From the NCBI RefSeq assembly GCF_000143415.4, contig NW_003314271.1, positions 1,532,092 through 1,596,091 of the forward strand: 64,000 nucleotides of DNA. Reading direction: 5' to 3'. The stretch comes from Selaginella moellendorffii. Taxonomy: Eukaryota > Plantae > Lycopodiophyta. The notes below the pieces were generated by a model, which saw only the letters and a list, made by a program, of their open reading frames with translations, was not told the origin of the DNA and did no database searches. A program made the translations under genes and the position numbers. This document shows positions 59,781 to 64,000 of this stretch, in pieces; position 1 is the stretch's first letter; every line of letters starts with the position of its first letter.

Positions 59781-61213
59781 TTAGATGTTCTTGAGTGTGC
59801 ACAGCATACCCAAGGGGAAACTGGGCTCGAAGAAGCTCCCACTCAAGATTTGCCTCGTGATGATCCGGTTTGCTGCTTCGGTGTAGTGAACTCCATCCCA
59901 ATTGAGAAACGCAGATGGATTCTTACAAGTCGTTGACGCCACCGTCTTCCCAGCCATCACTTTGCTCTCCCCACATTGCACCGCAAAATTGTAATTGTAG
60001 TTCCCTCCAATCCCACAGCAGGCCTTGGTGGCAAACTGGAATCCTGTAAAGTCAACCATGGTCAGAGATTCGTTGACCGCTTATGTTCTTGTGGTGTTAC
60101 CATTGCTCGCAGCCTTGAGGGTAAGCGAATATTTGATGTCATAAGTGTTCGTGTAGATTATAGTGCTGCCTGGGAGCTGGCTACGGAGGCTGCTCAAAGC
60201 CTGCTTGAGCAAGCCATTGTAGTGCTGCGTGACTTGGTTGAATTCGATAGCGCACCCAGCTTGATCGTAGCTCACCCGGAGATTTGGGAAGTTTGTGAGG
60301 AAGTATGGGATGCAGCCCTGGGGCCCAACGTCCGAGACTAGGAATGTTCGTCCTCCCTCGGCATACACGCCCTGTGTAGATTCAATGCAAACACACAAAA
60401 GGTATCTTCAGCGAAATCTATATGTAAGAGTTTTTCCATGTCGTCGACCTTGACAAGCGCGATGATTCCATCCACTGCCCGGAAAATGTATGCTTTGAGC
60501 TGGTCGAAGTTCATGTTTCGGTTGTATCCATAGCTAAAGTCGTTCCCGCCAATGTCGACGATGTAGAGCGCTCGAGAGAAGGCATCCCTGGCGGGAAGAG
60601 CGTTGAGAGAGTTCCCTGGGAACATCATGATTGATCAAGAATGTATGAGCGGGAAATGTAGCTATCAATCTTGGAGAGAACGGAATGGAATAGATCCGGG
60701 GATTCATATCCTTGCCTGTTACAAGGACTTTTTGCTTGAACTCTCGAAACTGGTTGAGCTGGACGTTCAGCGAGAAAGGGCTGATGTAAGTCACGGCTTG
60801 GGACGTCGCTCCAGCCGTGGCGAAGTTGACGCCAGTGGTGAAGTTGGATCCCACCGCTTGGAAGAAGGAACTTAGATATGGAATTCCTAGAGCTTCAGCT
60901 ATTGCAGTGAAACAACAAAGAAGAACTCAGTGCAATTCAAGCTTGTATAGTGAAACACTTCACTTATGAAATCGATTCCAAGGCGGCCATCGCTGTATCT
61001 CAGGAATGGCCTCCCGGGAAACGTCATGCCATAGGGTGGGAACTCGGATTGGCTGAAAGTCGGGAATGCCGTCTGGATTCCTCCGGTATCGGAGGTGGAA
61101 TCTCCAAAGTTGAAAATGGCAGGAAACACACAGGCCGAAGATGCGCCCAAGAATCCCCCAAAGATTCCACTCCCCGCCGCCAGCAGCACGAGAAAACTCG
61201 CATGGAATTCCAT
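59781..61213 (-). CDS. GDSL esterase/lipase, 377 aa; exons 61213-60964, 60898-60716, 60615-60449, 60371-60101, 60043-59781
   Basis: Hydrophobic signal-peptide-like N-terminus; FNFGDSTSDTG, RYSDGRL, GVNFATAGA, DIGGNDF, WDGVHYTE. Exons sum to 1134 nt in frame using a GC-AG second intron. Confidence 0.92.
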
Positions 61214-61257
61214 GGTGCTCCTATGTTTTGCCCCAAGTTTTTAAACCTCTCAAAAGC

Positions 61258-61291
61258 TGACGTGGTATGCCACGTGTGTATCATACGTGGC
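61258..61291. promoter_or_regulatory. Cluster of three ACGT-core (G-box/ABRE-like) motifs in a 124-bp divergent promoter
   Basis: TGACGTGG at 61258, CACGTG at 61271 and ACGTGGC at 61285, between the GDSL ATG (61213) and the CXE ATG (61338). Confidence 0.55.
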
Positions 61292-61337
61292 AGATTTAAA
61301 TTCTACTCTTTGGCGGCTAGGGTTTGAAGCTCTGGCT

Positions 61338-62344
61338 ATGGCGGAGAATGTGGCTCGCGATCTTGTTCTTCCAGGCGCGACACTTCACGCGGATGGATCC
61401 TTCTCGCGCCAGGCTATCTGCCATCCTGTTTCAGCGAGATCGGATTCATCTAGTTCGATTGTTTCCAGGGATGTGACCATCGACGATGGCCTCGGCCTGT
61501 GGGCGAGGATCTTCCTGCCCAAGCGCCTCAAAGGCGAATGCGTGGATCCAAATGCCCTAAAATCCCCAGTGCTGATGTACTTCCATGGCGGTGGCTTCGT
61601 CGCGATGAGCGCGAGCTTCTTTGGTTTTCATGACTTCTGCGAGGAGATTTCCAGGTGGCTGGGAGTGCTCGTCGTCTCCGTGGAATACCGACTAGCGCCC
61701 GAGAATCGCCTCCCAGTGGCGTACGAGGATGGATTCGCGGCGCTCAAGTGGCTGGGACAAGATCAGGGAGGGCTCAGCGACCCATGGCTCGCGGCCCATG
61801 CCGATCTCTCCAGCGTGTTCTTGGTGATAGCTCTGGTGCCAATCTCGCGCACCATTTGAGCGTCCGGGCGGCCGCTCCTGCGAGCTGGGGTGATCTGGGA
61901 CCAGTGCGAATCGTGGGCCGCGTGTTGATCCAGCCCTCTTTCGCGAGCGTGGCGAGGAAGCCGTCGGAGATGCTGCGCGACGATCCAAGCAAGGTCTCGC
62001 CCAGCACGCTGATGATGGATCGGTTCTGGGAGCTGGCTCTGCCGATTGGGGCGAGCAGAGATCATCCTTTTTGCAACATCGCGTTGGCCAAGGGCGATCT
62101 TGCCGGGATCCTCCTGCCCCGGACGCTTGTCGTTGTGGGGGGGCTGGATGTTGTTCGCGATCACGGCGTGGAGTACTCCGGGATTCTCCGCGAGTGTGGC
62201 AAAAATGTCAAGCTTGTTGAGTTTGAGAGCTGCGATCACGCATTCTACTTGAACGGTAGTACGGAGAGCACGTCCCGTTCTTACACGACTAGATGCGTGA
62301 ACTTGCAGTACGGATGCAGCTTTATTTTATGTACGGACAGATAA
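61338..62344 (+). pseudogene. Divergent CXE paralogue with a frameshift just before GDSSG
   Basis: Frame 1 has FHGGGF and EYRLAPENRLP up to SSVFL; GDSSGAN...GGLD...HAFY continues in another frame after ~61824. Confidence 0.8.
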
Positions 62345-62355
62345 TACTTTTAGGG

Positions 62356-63309
62356 CTAAGCGAATATACCTTGGGCGAATGTAGCTACCTTGTCGAGGAA
62401 GTGAGCCGTTTCCTGGGATTCCAGAGCGATGTAGAAGGCGTGTGCAGCGTTCTCGATCACCAGGAGCTCGAGATCCTTGCTAGAACCTCCCATTGTCTCC
62501 ATGAATTCCTTTGCTCGATCGCAGAGCACGTCCTCGCCGCCCGCGACGATGAGGGTCTTGGGCAGGGGGTGATCCGGCGCTGCTACGCGGCAGTAGGGAT
62601 GATCTCTGTCGGCCCCAATCGGCAACGCGAGCTCCCAGAATCGATCGCACATATCCGTGCTGATTAGTGGAGTGGGCGACCGGTGCTTGGTCTCGGATGG
62701 AACCCGAGCGACGCCGCCAAAGAAAGGCTGGATCAAGACGGTGCCCACGACCTGGATATCGCTCATGGCAGGATCCTCGGCCGCCGCAAGCATCGGGAGC
62801 ATATGGTGGACGAGATTCGCGCCAGAGCTGTCACCCACGAGCAAGGTCTTGGAGAGATCGGCGTGAGCGGCAAGCCAAGGATCCTTGCGCCCTCCTTGCT
62901 CTTGAGCGAGCCACTTGAGCGCCGCGAATCCATCGTGGTACGCCGCGGGGAGCCGATTCTCGGGAGCCAGCCGATAGTTGACCGAGATCACGATCGCGCC
63001 CATTTTCTTGGCGAGGAGCTCGCAGAGGACGTGGTACTCCATGGTATCGGCGGTGAAGCACACGAATCCGCCGCCATGGAAGTAGAACGCTACTGGAACT
63101 TGCCTGGAGTGGTGGATCACTTGATCGGCAGGGAGGAAGATCCTCGCCCAGAGGCCGCGCTCCTCGTCGATGATCACGTCTCGCGAGGCGATTGGATGGG
63201 CGCCGGGATTTGCCTCGACGCAAAGGGATTTTGGCATGGATCTACGAGCAAAGGATCGATCAGCGAAGAACACTCCATCCGGGAATTCCATAGCAACTTT
63301 GGGCGCCAT
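62356..63309 (-). CDS. Plant carboxylesterase (CXE), 317 aa
   Basis: FHGGGF, VNYRLAPENRLP, GDSSGAN, GGED, HAFY. Confidence 0.95.
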   Translation of the reverse strand: MAPKVAMEFPDGVFFADRSFARRSMPKSLCVEANPGAHPIASRDVIIDEERGLWARIFLPADQVIHHSRQVPVAFYFHGGGFVCFTADTMEYHVLCELLAKKMGAIVISVNYRLAPENRLPAAYHDGFAALKWLAQEQGGRKDPWLAAHADLSKTLLVGDSSGANLVHHMLPMLAAAEDPAMSDIQVVGTVLIQPFFGGVARVPSETKHRSPTPLISTDMCDRFWELALPIGADRDHPYCRVAAPDHPLPKTLIVAGGEDVLCDRAKEFMETMGGSSKDLELLVIENAAHAFYIALESQETAHFLDKVATFAQGIFA

Positions 63310-63322
63310 TGTTAAAAAATGC

Positions 63323-63401
63323 TATAGGGATACTTTGCTTTAAAGACGGCGATATCACGGACTTATAGGGATACTTTTCTTTAAAGACGGCGATACCATG
63401 G
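63323..63401. repeat. Two-copy direct repeat, 41-bp period
   Basis: TATAGGGATACTTT[G/T]CTTTAAAGACGGCGATA at 63323 and 63364. Confidence 0.85.
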
Positions 63402-63455
63402 CGCGTGGACCTTGAGGAGATGGAATACGGTGAGATTGCTTATGCCAGCCAATTT

Positions 63456-64000
63456 CTAAACCTTGGAATTAATCTTTGGGATTAAACCATGGACGAATGC
63501 AGATATTTTCTCGAGGAGCTGGGCGGTTTTCTCGGACTCTGGAACAATGTAGAAGGCGTGACCGGCATTCTCGACGACCAGGAGCTCAAGATCCTTTCCA
63601 CACTCTCGCATCACCTCCGCGAATTCCACCACGCGATCGCACAGAACGTCCTCGCTGCCAGCGACGACCAAGGCCTTGGGCAGAGCTTCGATTTCGCGCA
63701 GCTGGGCTTTGAGATCCGGCGCAACGACATGGCAGTAGGGGTGATCCCTGCTCGCTCCGATTGGCAGCGCGAGCTCCCACAATTGATCGCTCAGATCCGT
63801 CGTGAGCGTCGAATTGGGCGGTTGGGGCTTGGTCTCGGATGGGAACCGAGCAATCCCGCCAAAGAATGGCTGGATCAAGACCTGTCCCATGATCCGCATC
63901 TCGCCCAAATCCTCCACTGCTGCTCGCACTGTGACATGGTGCGCGAGATTTCCCCCGGCGCTATCGCCCATCACCAGGATCTTGGACAGATCGGCATGGG
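63456..64000 (-). CDS. Plant carboxylesterase (CXE), C-terminal half; continues beyond the window
   Basis: HADLSKILVMGDSAGGN...GSED...HAFY. Confidence 0.9.
   Translation of the reverse strand, partial: HADLSKILVMGDSAGGNLAHHVTVRAAVEDLGEMRIMGQVLIQPFFGGIARFPSETKPQPPNSTLTTDLSDQLWELALPIGASRDHPYCHVVAPDLKAQLREIEALPKALVVAGSEDVLCDRVVEFAEVMRECGKDLELLVVENAGHAFYIVPESEKTAQLLEKISAFVHGLIPKINSKV

Overview
Eukaryotic plant genomic DNA. Very short introns (55-100 bp), GC-rich intronless genes and compact intergenic spacers suggest a lycophyte such as Selaginella; this is an inference. (1) 0.4-3 kb holds an unknown intronless ORF and a 6-exon two-RRM UBA2-like RNA-binding protein gene. (2) Two copies of a short-LTR, non-chromoviral Ty3/gypsy element ('element A', 4927-19404 decayed, 35140-47422 young with an intact pol) have a 4-bp TSD and a tRNA-Ala-type PBS. 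Both are hit by a different non-coding LTR element ('element B', LARD-like). Element B has ~1.8-1.9 kb LTRs carrying minisatellite arrays, a Met-i PBS, a 5-bp TSD, and an internal run of five hairpins with tRNA T-arm/B-box loops. (3) A five-unit array (~19.4-61.2 kb, plus a degenerate unit at 3.2-4.9 kb) has the layout [unknown, possibly F-box-like gene X <- -> CXE carboxylesterase -> <- GDSL lipase (remnant) -> decayed PPR-like gene W]. Its middle part (23446-48813) has been flipped by one inversion, leaving a palindrome at each breakpoint. (4) The right end holds an intact GDSL esterase and further CXE paralogues. Most of the long low-complexity ORFs in the six-frame track come from the LTR tandem repeats and are not genes.
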